Positions 26,498 through 36,235 of a DNA stretch of 64,000 nt are shown here, piece after piece. Location: contig CAZUBK010000002.1 of NCBI GenBank assembly GCA_964618725.1, positions 3,992 through 67,991 of the forward strand. The letters run 5' to 3'. The position numbers and the translations under genes are program-made. The notes under the pieces are model-generated. The model searched no databases, was not told where the DNA came from, and saw nothing but the letters and a program-made list of their open reading frames with translations. This DNA is from an uncultured Pseudomonadales bacterium. Its GTDB lineage: Bacteria > Patescibacteriota > Microgenomatia > UBA1400 > Chazhemtobacteraceae. Numbering within the stretch: the stretch's first letter is position 1; each line of letters opens with the position of its first letter.

Positions 26498-26569
26498 GGC
26501 CCCATCGTCTAACGGTTAGGACGCAAGGTTCTCATCCTTGTAATCCGGGTTCAATTCCCGGTGGGGTCA
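26498..26569 (+). tRNA. tRNA-Glu(CTC)
   Basis: Cloverleaf GGCCCCA/TGGGGTC, anticodon arm CAAGG-TTCTCAT-CCTTG, T-loop GTTCAATTC; upstream extended -10 TGTTATAAT; CCA not fully encoded. Confidence 0.95.
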
Positions 26570-26629
26570 CCTTTAGGGAAGATTCGTCATCAACTTCAAG
26601 GTTCGACCTTGAAATACCAGATTAAAAAA

Positions 26630-27391
26630 TTAAAAATACTTTGTCTTTCTGTCTTTCAACTCTTGTCCGACATTAATGAATTTAGACAAATCAGAAAGTT
26701 GCTTAACTTCCATCCCCTTACTGGTACTCAATCCTGGTAGTGTATTTTTGGGAACAAATGTAGCCATCTTATATCTCATTGACTTATCTCCTTCAGAAGC
26801 TTCTGCCCTTTTTGTTCCGTAATAGGTAGTCATCAACATTACATCAAGTTTCCCAAATCTATATAAAAAAGCTTCTTTACTGCCTTCCTGGTCATTCTCA
26901 TCCATACTATGATGAGTCACGGAATCAATAACACTCTGAAAAAGATTCGAAAAATAAGCTGCTTCAAATGCTGATAGTGCTCCAATGTCGATACTATCGC
27001 CAGCAGCATCCGTAACAAATAAGTTCATTCGAAACTGGCCATTTTGCAAATCATAATTGAACCTTCCTGAAACATCATATTTCCTACCATTTACTTCCAC
27101 CAAGCTATTTTGCTTTTCAATCAACTCTTTAGGATCAATTGGATCTTTTGTAGCCAAATCGAATAATGTCGCATGAACACCTACGGGAGCCATATCTATA
27201 TCAAAACCTAATTTTGGTTCTCCATTTCTATCCGAGTAGTTAAAATTAGTTATCACACCTGAAAACACAGATATATCCTCTACCTCCTGACCAATTGGAT
27301 ACGTTTCGACCTTGACACGAAAAGACCCAGTTTCTTTTGGTTCCAGAAAAGGAGTCAATTCGTCGCTATCTAAAGTATCTACGACACCCAT
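26630..27391 (-). CDS. Hypothetical protein (AT-rich, island-associated)
   Basis: 253 aa ORF next to the tRNA; no family recognised. Confidence 0.6.
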   Translation of the reverse strand: MGVVDTLDSDELTPFLEPKETGSFRVKVETYPIGQEVEDISVFSGVITNFNYSDRNGEPKLGFDIDMAPVGVHATLFDLATKDPIDPKELIEKQNSLVEVNGRKYDVSGRFNYDLQNGQFRMNLFVTDAAGDSIDIGALSAFEAAYFSNLFQSVIDSVTHHSMDENDQEGSKEAFLYRFGKLDVMLMTTYYGTKRAEASEGDKSMRYKMATFVPKNTLPGLSTSKGMEVKQLSDLSKFINVGQELKDRKTKYF

Positions 27392-27480
27392 TTATTTCAT
27401 ATCAACTAATAACTAAATACTAAATATATACTTTCTCTGAACTCACCTTAAACAAGGTCGTGCCATGCTAGGATAGAGCA

Positions 27481-28032
27481 ATGAGAATGAAAAATTACAC
27501 ACTTCAATTAATGGAGAAAGTCCATTCTTTGCCAGGATCGGAAGTAAAGGACTTCTTGAAGTCATTTTTGGATATGCGAGCGATGGTGGTGGGGTGTTTA
27601 CGAGAAATTCCCGAAGGTAAATTGGATTACGCTCCGAGCCAAATGGCAGGGACTCATACACTTCGAGACTGTATTGCGGAATTGCCAATCGTCGAGCAGG
27701 GGCTCATCGATGGAATTGAAACTGGTCGCAGGAGAATGTTCAGTAATGATATGTTTGAGGGTAAAAAACCAACTAAAGAAGAAATATTAAATATTCTTAA
27801 AGAGACTGATGAGGCGTTGTTTGACGCTATAACCTCATCCACTTTTGATTCAGAAAAAAAGATCGAGTTCCTGGGAAAAGATGGTCAGGTGAAGTGGAAA
27901 ACGACAGCAATAATGATGCTTTGGGGATTAAGAAATCATGAGAATATGCACTTAGGAATGATACGAAGGGATTTGGACGCAATTGGAGTAAATCCCCCTG
28001 CCGAATATGTTAAGTATTGGTATCTTGAGTAA
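27481..28032 (+). CDS. DinB/YfiT-like four-helix protein
   Basis: IPEGKLDYAP and HENMHLG (HxxxH) pattern. Confidence 0.7.
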   Translation: MRMKNYTLQLMEKVHSLPGSEVKDFLKSFLDMRAMVVGCLREIPEGKLDYAPSQMAGTHTLRDCIAELPIVEQGLIDGIETGRRRMFSNDMFEGKKPTKEEILNILKETDEALFDAITSSTFDSEKKIEFLGKDGQVKWKTTAIMMLWGLRNHENMHLGMIRRDLDAIGVNPPAEYVKYWYLE

Positions 28033-28107
28033 ACTATTTTTCAGAATCCACTTCTCGTTTTCAGGCGGGTGTAGTAGCAGAAAATTTAAAAAGATATAAT
28101 CCTGCTC

Positions 28108-30369
28108 ATGGATACGATCACGGTCAAAGGTGCGAGAGAACACAACTTAAAGAATATATCGGTTGAGATTCCTCGCAACAAATTAACAAGCATTGTTGGT
28201 GTATCTGGGTCGGGTAAATCTACTTTGGCGTTTGATATCATCTTTGCTGAGGGGCAGAGACAATACCTTGAGTCTTTGGGTACTTTTGCTGCAAGAAATT
28301 TACAACGAACTGAGAGACCGGATGTGGATGAAATAAGAGGATTATCGTCTACGGTGATGATCGAACAGCGACAGATCGGGAAAAGTGCCAGATCTACAGT
28401 GGGAACGGTTACAGAGATTTATACATATCTGCGGTTACTTTTCTCCCGCGTTGGTTCGGTTAAAAACCTGAGCGCAGGACACTTTTCCTTCAATAATGTG
28501 CTTGGTGCCTGCAAATCATGTAAGGGTTTGGGGATCGAGGTCACTGTTGATCCTAATTCTGTGATCGATTTTGATAAATCGTTAAATGAAGGAGCCGTAT
28601 ATGAAACAACATTCAAGCCGAATGGAAGATACTTTAATATTTTGAAGACAACTGGTCGACTAAATTTTGATAAACCAATAAAGGAGCATTCAAAAGAAGA
28701 TTTAGATTTCCTTTTGTACTCTCCACAGATAAAACTTAAGAATGATGCCCAGGGTTTTGTTCAGTCATATAGCTGGGAAGGAATCATTACCCACATTGTC
28801 AGACAATCTAAGGATTTGAGGGGAATGTCAGAGACAAAGGCAAAAAAGAGTAAAAAGACTTGGATAATAAAGCCTTGTGTTACTTGTGAAGGATCGCGGT
28901 TAAATGAAATGGCTAACTCGTCACAGATTAATGGCAATAACATTGGTCATTATGCCAACCTTCCACTGACTCAGTTGCTCAATGAAATAGGTATGGTTAT
29001 GTCTCCAACCGCTGATCCAATCGTTAAACGAATTGTTGAACTTACTCAAGGGGTGGTGGATGTTGGCATTGGATATCTTTCGCTTAATAGATCGGTTGAA
29101 ACTTTATCTGGTGGTGAAGCACAAAGAATAAAACTGGCGAGAGAGTTGGGTAGTGACCTGATCGAACTTGTATATATTCTGGATGAGCCAACTGCGGGTC
29201 TTCATCCAAAAGATGTTTCCAACATGATAAAAACTCTGAAAGGATTAAGAGACTCACAAAATACGGTTATTGTTGTGGAACATGATCCTGCAGTGATGAT
29301 GGAATCGGATCACCTAATTGAGATTGGCCCGAAAGCTGGCAAATATGGTGGTGAGGTTACTTTTTCAGGCACTCCACAGGAAATAATTAGGAATAATGAT
29401 TCAATTACAGGTAAGTATTTATCTCGAGACGCTCTTGTTGAGACACGAAAGAGTTACCAACGCAGGAAACCTACAGGATCTTTAAAAATAGAGCACGCGA
29501 ACCTTCACAATCTAAAGGATCTCTCTGTAGATATACCTACTGGTATATTCACTGCCATTACTGGAGTCTCTGGTTCTGGTAAGAGCTCTCTGATTAATGA
29601 TATTTTTGTCAAAAAATATCATAACCAAGTAATTTTTGTAGACCAATCCCAAGTTGGAGGTATGGTCAGAGGCAATATCGCCACATACTCAGGGACTTTT
29701 GACTACATCAGAGAGATCTTTGCCAGAGAAAACAATGTAAGTAAAAGTCTATTCAGCTTTAACAGTAAGGGTGCATGTCCAGATTGCGGAGGACTAGGTT
29801 TCAATGTTGTAGACATGCATTTTATGGCAAGTGTAAGGACTATTTGTGAGACGTGTGAGGGGAGAAAGTATATTCCTGAGGTTTTGGAATATAAACACAA
29901 TGGCAAAAATATATCTGAAATACTGGAAATGACTTCAGAGGAAGCCGTTGCTTTCTTTGAGGATGACCAGATAAAAAAGCGTCTAAGCATGCTTACTGAA
30001 GTAGGGCTTGGATACTTAAACTTAGGACAGACCTTGGATACTTTGTCAGGTGGTGAGTCACAAAGGCTCAAACTTGCCAGCAGGCTTCACAAAAAAGGCG
30101 GGTTTTACGTCTTAGATGAGCCAACCTCCGGATTGCATTTCTTTGATATTGTAAAACTCTTGGACTTGCTAAATCGTCTCGTAGATAGTGGGAACTCAGT
30201 GTTGGTGATTGAGCACAACATGGACGTGATACGAAATGCAGACTGGGTCATTGATTTAGGGCCAGAAGGTGGAGATTTGGGTGGGACTATTGTTGCTCAA
30301 GGGACTCCTGAAGAAGTGTCTGAGGTAGGTACCTCTTATACTGGCCAATACTTGAAGAGATTGTTGTAA
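28108..30369 (+). CDS. Class II UvrA-like ABC ATPase (UvrA2/DrrC-type)
   Basis: GAREHNLKN, two GVSGSGKS and LSGGE sets, Zn fingers; 753 aa, too short to contain the UvrB-binding domain of canonical UvrA. Confidence 0.88.
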   Translation: MDTITVKGAREHNLKNISVEIPRNKLTSIVGVSGSGKSTLAFDIIFAEGQRQYLESLGTFAARNLQRTERPDVDEIRGLSSTVMIEQRQIGKSARSTVGTVTEIYTYLRLLFSRVGSVKNLSAGHFSFNNVLGACKSCKGLGIEVTVDPNSVIDFDKSLNEGAVYETTFKPNGRYFNILKTTGRLNFDKPIKEHSKEDLDFLLYSPQIKLKNDAQGFVQSYSWEGIITHIVRQSKDLRGMSETKAKKSKKTWIIKPCVTCEGSRLNEMANSSQINGNNIGHYANLPLTQLLNEIGMVMSPTADPIVKRIVELTQGVVDVGIGYLSLNRSVETLSGGEAQRIKLARELGSDLIELVYILDEPTAGLHPKDVSNMIKTLKGLRDSQNTVIVVEHDPAVMMESDHLIEIGPKAGKYGGEVTFSGTPQEIIRNNDSITGKYLSRDALVETRKSYQRRKPTGSLKIEHANLHNLKDLSVDIPTGIFTAITGVSGSGKSSLINDIFVKKYHNQVIFVDQSQVGGMVRGNIATYSGTFDYIREIFARENNVSKSLFSFNSKGACPDCGGLGFNVVDMHFMASVRTICETCEGRKYIPEVLEYKHNGKNISEILEMTSEEAVAFFEDDQIKKRLSMLTEVGLGYLNLGQTLDTLSGGESQRLKLASRLHKKGGFYVLDEPTSGLHFFDIVKLLDLLNRLVDSGNSVLVIEHNMDVIRNADWVIDLGPEGGDLGGTIVAQGTPEEVSEVGTSYTGQYLKRLL

Positions 30370-30670
30370 CTACTTTTTCGATGTAGCCGGTCACAAAATG
30401 AAAAGTGTACCAGTGGAGTGTTTATCCACAAAAAGGCACCCGACGGGAGGTTTCGAATTTCCTCATAACACCTCACTTTTGGGTTTTTGGAAACCGTTTT
30501 TGAATAATTCCCATACTAGCCCGACAAAAAAACTCTTTTGAGCTGGTGATTGAAGAAAGTTCGTGGTAAGTAAACGTGGGGTCATCTTTTGTGATAAAAG
30601 AAGGCTTGCGGGGTCACGGAAGCGGAACCAAAAAGGCGGGTGTTTTGGGGAAAACAACCCGCCGATGAAA

Positions 30671-31096
30671 CTACTGACTACTGGTCTGACTGGATTCGTC
30701 TACGGTGATGAGGTCAGTTTTGTCGAATGGGATACGAAAGTACAACGCCATCCAAAGAGGCATGCGCCACATGGAATCACTATCTAGACCCTTTTCTTGG
30801 ACTACCGCCTCGATTATCCCCTCGAGGAAGTAAGCCATCATCAGATCCTGCGTAGTGAGATATGGCATGACCTCCTCGTCTAGATTGGGCGGGGGTCCTG
30901 GGATGGTGATGATAATTTCTCCTCCGTGATTAGCAAGGAGTAGAGCATTTTGGTCGATGATCTCACAGAGTTGTGCTTTGGTCTCCTTTAACTGGCGACC
31001 GTGATTAACGGTAAATCGCCGCCTTTCGTAGTCTGTGATCCGAGTAGCCTGGTCACGCCAGCGAGCAATGACCATCTCGACATATTCTTCAGCCAT
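30671..31096 (-). CDS. Hypothetical protein
   Basis: AAGGAG SD before ATG 31096; downstream hairpin at about 30635-30664. Confidence 0.55.
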   Translation of the reverse strand: MAEEYVEMVIARWRDQATRITDYERRRFTVNHGRQLKETKAQLCEIIDQNALLLANHGGEIIITIPGPPPNLDEEVMPYLTTQDLMMAYFLEGIIEAVVQEKGLDSDSMWRMPLWMALYFRIPFDKTDLITVDESSQTSSQ

Positions 31097-31251
31097 GTTT
31101 TTCTCCTTTCGGCTGATAGAGAAATGTTCCTGGGTAATTATATCAGTTTTCACGATGAATTTCATTCTTGTGTTGTTTTTCGTCTAAATATCCGGCAGTC
31201 TGTAGAGTGCTTCTCGATGCGACATTTATTTTTTGATATTCTGGTATTTGA

Positions 31252-32445
31252 ATGAAAAAATTCGTCCTGCCCGTACTACTTCTTTTAGCTGTAGGAGTAT
31301 TTTTGCCTTCAGAAGCCAATGCTCAGACGAGAGAAGAATGTGATAAGACTCGTGCTCGTGCGTCATACAACTGCTTGACTGCTTGGAGTAAGTGTTACTA
31401 CCCGTGTATTGATCAGACCAAAGATGTGAAGGCGTGCTGGGATAGTTGCACTCAGGCTGAGAATGCGTGCAACAAGCAGGTCGATGCCGAATACAAGACT
31501 TGCTTGACACCGCAAAAAGGATCTTCTCCCCTGAAAAAAGATAAAACTCCTTTAGAGAAACTCTTGGACACGCCTGTCTTTGTTGGTGAATGGTTTGACC
31601 GCATTTCTGCGGCATGGGCTGGGTTGGGCTTTTTGGATGTATCAAGAGCGTTGGGTGAGGTAGTTCTTACCGATCCAGAGATTGCTATTTGGGAAGAAGA
31701 ACAGAGACAAAAATATGCTAAAGACGTAGAGTTATTCCTCCAAGAGAATATTGACCGACCGGTGGGAATCACTTTGACTGACGAACAAAAGGCGTGGAAC
31801 TCCAGTCTAGTCGATGTCGCGCCCGATAAAGAAAAGATTATTGTCGTTGAGGGAGAGGGTCGGCTGAAGACTGTCGATTCTGATCAGTTTATTCGGATTA
31901 CCGCAAAAGAGACGCCGATATTTGTCACTTTCCTTGATTCGGTGGTGTCTGAACCGGTCTCAGAGCCACTTATGTTGATAGACACATGGGGAGTCGATGC
32001 AGGATCAGTGATTAATGTTTCTTCGGATACTGAGATCCAGTTCCTCGAACCAGTTCAAGATAAAGAGACACAAGATGTAACTAGGACGGTGAGGTTTAAA
32101 CAAGGGGAAGTTGAAGTTAAAACGCGAAATACCGATCCGAACAATAAATTTGAAGTGCAGGCTAGCTCTGTAAATGTCGTCGCTCCCAGGACACATTTCT
32201 GGGTTAGCCGGGATTCAGACAAAAATCAGGTCGTGGTTGGCATTTACGAGGGAGAGGTACAAATCACCGCCAGAGACGGAAGAACTACTTCACTAGTACC
32301 CAATGGAGATAGACCGGGAGTGGCAGTTATTACTCGAAAACTTTCACTCTTTAAGTTAGCTGTTGTTATCTTGGTGTTGATAGGTATTCTTAGTGGAGTA
32401 GTCTGGTTGGGCGGAAGAAAGTTAAGATCATCCAAGAAGAGATGA
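31252..32445 (+). CDS. Secreted, C-terminally anchored protein with an 8-Cys N-terminal module and a FecR-like domain
   Basis: Signal peptide, 8 Cys, GSVINVSSDTEI...FKQGEV...THFWV...GIYEGEVQI, C-terminal TM plus basic tail. Confidence 0.7.
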   Translation: MKKFVLPVLLLLAVGVFLPSEANAQTREECDKTRARASYNCLTAWSKCYYPCIDQTKDVKACWDSCTQAENACNKQVDAEYKTCLTPQKGSSPLKKDKTPLEKLLDTPVFVGEWFDRISAAWAGLGFLDVSRALGEVVLTDPEIAIWEEEQRQKYAKDVELFLQENIDRPVGITLTDEQKAWNSSLVDVAPDKEKIIVVEGEGRLKTVDSDQFIRITAKETPIFVTFLDSVVSEPVSEPLMLIDTWGVDAGSVINVSSDTEIQFLEPVQDKETQDVTRTVRFKQGEVEVKTRNTDPNNKFEVQASSVNVVAPRTHFWVSRDSDKNQVVVGIYEGEVQITARDGRTTSLVPNGDRPGVAVITRKLSLFKLAVVILVLIGILSGVVWLGGRKLRSSKKR

Positions 32446-32933
32446 GTTCTACACAATTTTGGGTAGGCATGTTTGTGCCAGCGTTAACTAAATGGATCAA
32501 TCCCCATTTAAAAAAATTTTTTAAGTTGGCTGAATTTGATGCGGAAACGAAGACGAAAGTTGGTGCCAAGATTTATCCGTTTTATTTCAGTTTTTTGTAT
32601 TATCTTTGGATGTTGGTTCTGTTGAGTAGTGGAATTATGGTACTGATTTTGTTGATGATTTATGGGTCGATTCTCTTTCCTGACAGGAACTATGCAATAC
32701 CTGTTTTCTTGGGACTGATCAATATGATAGGAGCGTGGTTTGTTTTCGGTGCTTTACTGGATAGCTTTTTCTGGCGAATATCGTCAAAAAACTTTAAGGA
32801 CTATGTCAAATTCAGGATGATTGGATCCGGATGGGGATATGAGATAGAGCAGCAGGTAATTGTGCTTCTTAAGATCGGAGCAATTTACTATCTTCTGGCG
32901 AGTCCTTTGATTCTATACTTACTAACTCGTTAG
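32442..32933 (+). CDS. Hypothetical membrane protein
   Basis: About 3 TM segments; ATGA overlap with the upstream gene. Confidence 0.7.
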   Translation: MSSTQFWVGMFVPALTKWINPHLKKFFKLAEFDAETKTKVGAKIYPFYFSFLYYLWMLVLLSSGIMVLILLMIYGSILFPDRNYAIPVFLGLINMIGAWFVFGALLDSFFWRISSKNFKDYVKFRMIGSGWGYEIEQQVIVLLKIGAIYYLLASPLILYLLTR

Positions 32934-33020
32934 AGTGTATGGTGACTGCCTCTTTTTGATAGTGTAGGAAAGATCCGCCATGGGAGGCGGATCGATTTTT
33001 ACAACATCAGCTTGGTTTAC

Positions 33021-33395
33021 CTAGAGACGCATTCCTTCGGGGACATCCCCCAACTCACAGATACGGTTTTGGAGCCACCACAATCCCTCAGCGATGAGAG
33101 GCATGTAAACAAAGGTGCCAGGCAAAATCATGATCATTGCCAGAGGGACTGTGAAGAGCAATACAACCAGTATCTGGACGATCCACCAAGTTTGACTGAG
33201 AATGTTCCATACCCAGGGTGCGTCTGCCATGTAGATCAGGACCACAATAAACAAGACCCAGATCGTAATCACGGCTAGCGACGTCACGATCATGGTGAAA
33301 AGATAACGGAAGGGACGGATGTAAATTGACAGAAGGACCAGAGCCGCTAGGATCCCAAGCGAGGTCAATGTCTGGAAGCTAAACAACCATGCCAT
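33021..33395 (-). CDS. Hydrophobic hypothetical membrane protein
   Basis: About 3 TM segments, own consensus promoter and downstream hairpin. Confidence 0.6.
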   Translation of the reverse strand: MAWLFSFQTLTSLGILAALVLLSIYIRPFRYLFTMIVTSLAVITIWVLFIVVLIYMADAPWVWNILSQTWWIVQILVVLLFTVPLAMIMILPGTFVYMPLIAEGLWWLQNRICELGDVPEGMRL

Positions 33396-33428
33396 TTAGG
33401 ATACCTTTCTTTTATGTGCGATGTACTG

Positions 33429-33457
33429 ATTATAGGGTGTCTAGTCATGGATGTCAA
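33429..33457 (-). promoter_or_regulatory. Perfect sigma70 consensus promoter
   Basis: TTGACA-N17-TATAAT on the minus strand. Confidence 0.8.
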
Positions 33458-33510
33458 GGATGACAGTAATCAAGAAGATAATCATTTGATGACAGGCTTA
33501 GTCGGCAGAT

Positions 33511-34401
33511 TCAAAACGGATTCTGGGCGGAGATAGTTTTTATTCTGTGCCAGAATTCGTAGCCGTCGTGGTGATGCTTTTTTAAGTTGCGGCTTTGGAG
33601 GTAGGAGATCCAATCGGCACTATTCAGGACATTATTTATCTTTAGTGGCACTTCCATTTCTTCTAGAGTTTTAAACTCTAACTTTGATTTCTTGTTGAAG
33701 ACCAACTCATCTGAAAGATTGGATGTGCCGAGCACTATAATGCCCCCTGAGCTCAAGTGATCCTGCCCGTGATGGACGAAGTAATTGAGAAGACTGACGC
33801 CCTCGTAGGGATTTATTTCAACACTTTGGGGGCGCGGGATGTAGGGCGGATTGCAGACGATCAAGTCGTAGGTTTTGCCTTTTATTTCCTTTAGTCCATC
33901 TCCTACAACGTATGAAGCACGAGTGTCTTTTATATTATCCCTTGCACATTGGATGGCGTAGGGATTGATATCATTAATGGTAAGGGATTTTAAATTCGGG
34001 GATTTTTTCAGGAGGTATTTACTTAGGAAGCCTGACCCGCAGCCGATCTCGATGGCTGTTTGAGTGTTTTTGTTGTCAGTGATGACTCCGCGAAGAGCCT
34101 TAGCCATTAAGACTGTATCGATGGATGGACTCCAGACACCTTTGTGTGAGTCATTCCAAAAGACCTTGACTCCGTCATACTCGACCATGCGGGGGCGACT
34201 GGTGAGGATGGAAAAAAGAGTGTCTCTTAAAGTTGGATTGAGATTGGCGATACGATAGTTATCGGTAATTAGAAGGGGGTGATCGAAGGTGTGGGCTAAC
34301 AAGGGCTCTCCTTCGCTTTTCCTACCCATAATCCCAGTGAGTTCCCAGCCGGTGGCATAGATCTCCTGTTTATCTAGACTCGGTGAGAGTTTTATTAACA
34401 T
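33511..34401 (-). CDS. HemK-like class I methyltransferase with N-terminal extension
   Basis: IEIGCGSG, DINPYA, DLIVCNPPY. Confidence 0.8.
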   Translation of the reverse strand: MLIKLSPSLDKQEIYATGWELTGIMGRKSEGEPLLAHTFDHPLLITDNYRIANLNPTLRDTLFSILTSRPRMVEYDGVKVFWNDSHKGVWSPSIDTVLMAKALRGVITDNKNTQTAIEIGCGSGFLSKYLLKKSPNLKSLTINDINPYAIQCARDNIKDTRASYVVGDGLKEIKGKTYDLIVCNPPYIPRPQSVEINPYEGVSLLNYFVHHGQDHLSSGGIIVLGTSNLSDELVFNKKSKLEFKTLEEMEVPLKINNVLNSADWISYLQSRNLKKHHHDGYEFWHRIKTISAQNPF

Positions 34402-34500
34402 GTTGTTTATTTTACACTAAATAGGATAATAGTCAAAAGCTTGAGGTAAACATAACATATTGAGGAGAAAGCTATTGCAGAAATGCTATATATTGGTTGA

Positions 34501-35712
34501 ATGAAACGCAGCATATTCATTCTTATTATCTTAGCGGCAGCTGCATTACGTTTTTACGACTTCGAGCGTTTGATGATCTTTGATCCAGAGAGAGCAATGT
34601 CATTGATAACCTCGGCAGAACTATTAAAGAAGCCCTCGCTCCTTGGGCCGCCATACTTTAGGGCGACCTCGTATGGCCACCAATTGTTTAATAGTCCCTT
34701 ATTCAATTATGCCTTGGCGCCACTATTGCCCATATTTGCTTATCACCCCCTACCAATTACAGCTGTTTTCACTGTACTTAACTTGCTGACGGGGGCGTTG
34801 ATCTATTTGTTGTTTAGAAAATTGATCAAACCAGAGATCGCCTTGCTTGGATCGATATTGTTTTTGTTTAATTCTCAGATGATCTTTCATTCCCGATTCA
34901 TTTGGATCATTCATCCCTTTCCTTTATTTGGACTGATCACTTTATATATATTGCTTAAGGAGCGAAAAAGGCCGTCTCTATCCCTTGCGGGGCTCCTGGG
35001 ACTGATTTCTGGCATCGGAGTAGGAATGGACTACACTTTTCTGTTTTGGGGCGTGCCATTATTTTTGGGATTAATGTTTTTTTCAAAATACAAACTAAGC
35101 ACTCTACTTACTTTTTTTGGGGGGGCAGTAATAGGAGATAGCCCCCATGTTTTGTTTGATTTGAGACATCAGTTTTACAACCTGACAACTCTTTGGCAAT
35201 ACACACTCGAGACCTTTGGCAATCCAGAACAAAGCAAGATCCTTTATTATCACTTCTTCCCTTTCTGGCCGGCGGCGGCGCTGCTGGGGGGACTGCTAAT
35301 ATACAGAGTGAGTAAACAAAATAAGTTAATGGCGGGACTAATTTTGGCGGGATATGTATTTCTTAATCTGACAGCGCCGTTGACCTTCTCGACGTATGAG
35401 ATAACGCTGAAGAAACAAATGGAGGCGGCGGCGGCGATTGCGGCAGAGAGACCGAGCAATTTCAATGTCGTTTCACTACTCGACTTTGACACACGAGGAC
35501 ATGTACTTCGATACTTACTTGAGTATCAATTCAAAATAAAGCCGGAGAGAGTAGATAACTATAACGACATTGGAACCATATATGCCTTGGCGAGAACTGA
35601 CTATGATTTGAACGCTCCATTCAACTACGAATTGAGTAGCTTCTATCCCTACAGGATACAGGAGTTGGTCACTTTGGACGAAACTCATAAGGTCTACAAA
35701 CTGTATCGATGA
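34501..35712 (+). CDS. GT-C (ArnT/PMT-like) polytopic glycosyltransferase
   Basis: LRFY...FDPER acidic first loop, LLGP, many TM segments, FDLRH. Confidence 0.75.
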   Translation: MKRSIFILIILAAAALRFYDFERLMIFDPERAMSLITSAELLKKPSLLGPPYFRATSYGHQLFNSPLFNYALAPLLPIFAYHPLPITAVFTVLNLLTGALIYLLFRKLIKPEIALLGSILFLFNSQMIFHSRFIWIIHPFPLFGLITLYILLKERKRPSLSLAGLLGLISGIGVGMDYTFLFWGVPLFLGLMFFSKYKLSTLLTFFGGAVIGDSPHVLFDLRHQFYNLTTLWQYTLETFGNPEQSKILYYHFFPFWPAAALLGGLLIYRVSKQNKLMAGLILAGYVFLNLTAPLTFSTYEITLKKQMEAAAAIAAERPSNFNVVSLLDFDTRGHVLRYLLEYQFKIKPERVDNYNDIGTIYALARTDYDLNAPFNYELSSFYPYRIQELVTLDETHKVYKLYR

Positions 35713-35733
35713 AAACGGAGTGAGGGGGAGAGT

Positions 35734-36189
35734 TTAGCTTTTAAGTTGTTTGGCAATTTCGGCGATGGCGTCCTTAAAGTTTTTAGTCGTGCCGGAGGCA
35801 CCGGAGACACGATCAAGACTGGCTATCTCGGAGAGTTTCTTACCAATAACGACTTTGGGCAGTTCCTTGGCGAAATTGCTTTGATATTCAATACTGGTGG
35901 TGGACTGAGTAAGGACCTGGACCTCAATACCTTTAATGATATCTCCCTCAAGGGTCAGAGTAAAACCAATTTTGTCTTCTTTGCCACTGGGGGTGGAATA
36001 GGTCCAAATAGTTTTGTAGATATCGCCAACGTGTTGCCATTTAGGAGCAGTTTTGGCTTGCTTAGTACCGACTTCTGATTGTAACTTCTGAAAAACAGAA
36101 TTGGTGGCGGCAACGGTAATGACGAGAAAAGTGGTGGCGAGTAAGAGGGTGGGGATAAAGTACTTGGTAGATTTGACTTTTTTGCTCAT
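35734..36189 (-). CDS. Membrane-anchored FMN-binding (flavinylation target) protein
   Basis: N-terminal TM, YSTPSG, DRVSGASGTT motif; start at ATG 36189. Confidence 0.8.
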   Translation of the reverse strand: MSKKVKSTKYFIPTLLLATTFLVITVAATNSVFQKLQSEVGTKQAKTAPKWQHVGDIYKTIWTYSTPSGKEDKIGFTLTLEGDIIKGIEVQVLTQSTTSIEYQSNFAKELPKVVIGKKLSEIASLDRVSGASGTTKNFKDAIAEIAKQLKS

Positions 36190-36235
36190 AGTTACAGTTG
36201 TAGCACTAATCGAAAAAACTAGCAAAGTCGGGGGG

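Noticed and set aside
26595-26613. Hairpin TTCAAGG-TTCGA-CCTTGAA after tRNA-Glu, resembling a T-arm or REP
   Set aside because: Single copy with no cloverleaf around it; most simply a terminator-like hairpin
28108-30369. Calling this gene the canonical uvrA
   Set aside because: Too short for class I UvrA and located in an accessory region without uvrB or uvrC
30381-30430. TGTAGCCGG...AAAAGTGTACCA resembling an IS terminal repeat, plus one perfect DnaA box TTATCCACA (30422-30430)
   Set aside because: No matching second end or transposase was seen, and a single DnaA box without a cluster or dnaA/dnaN is not evidence for oriC
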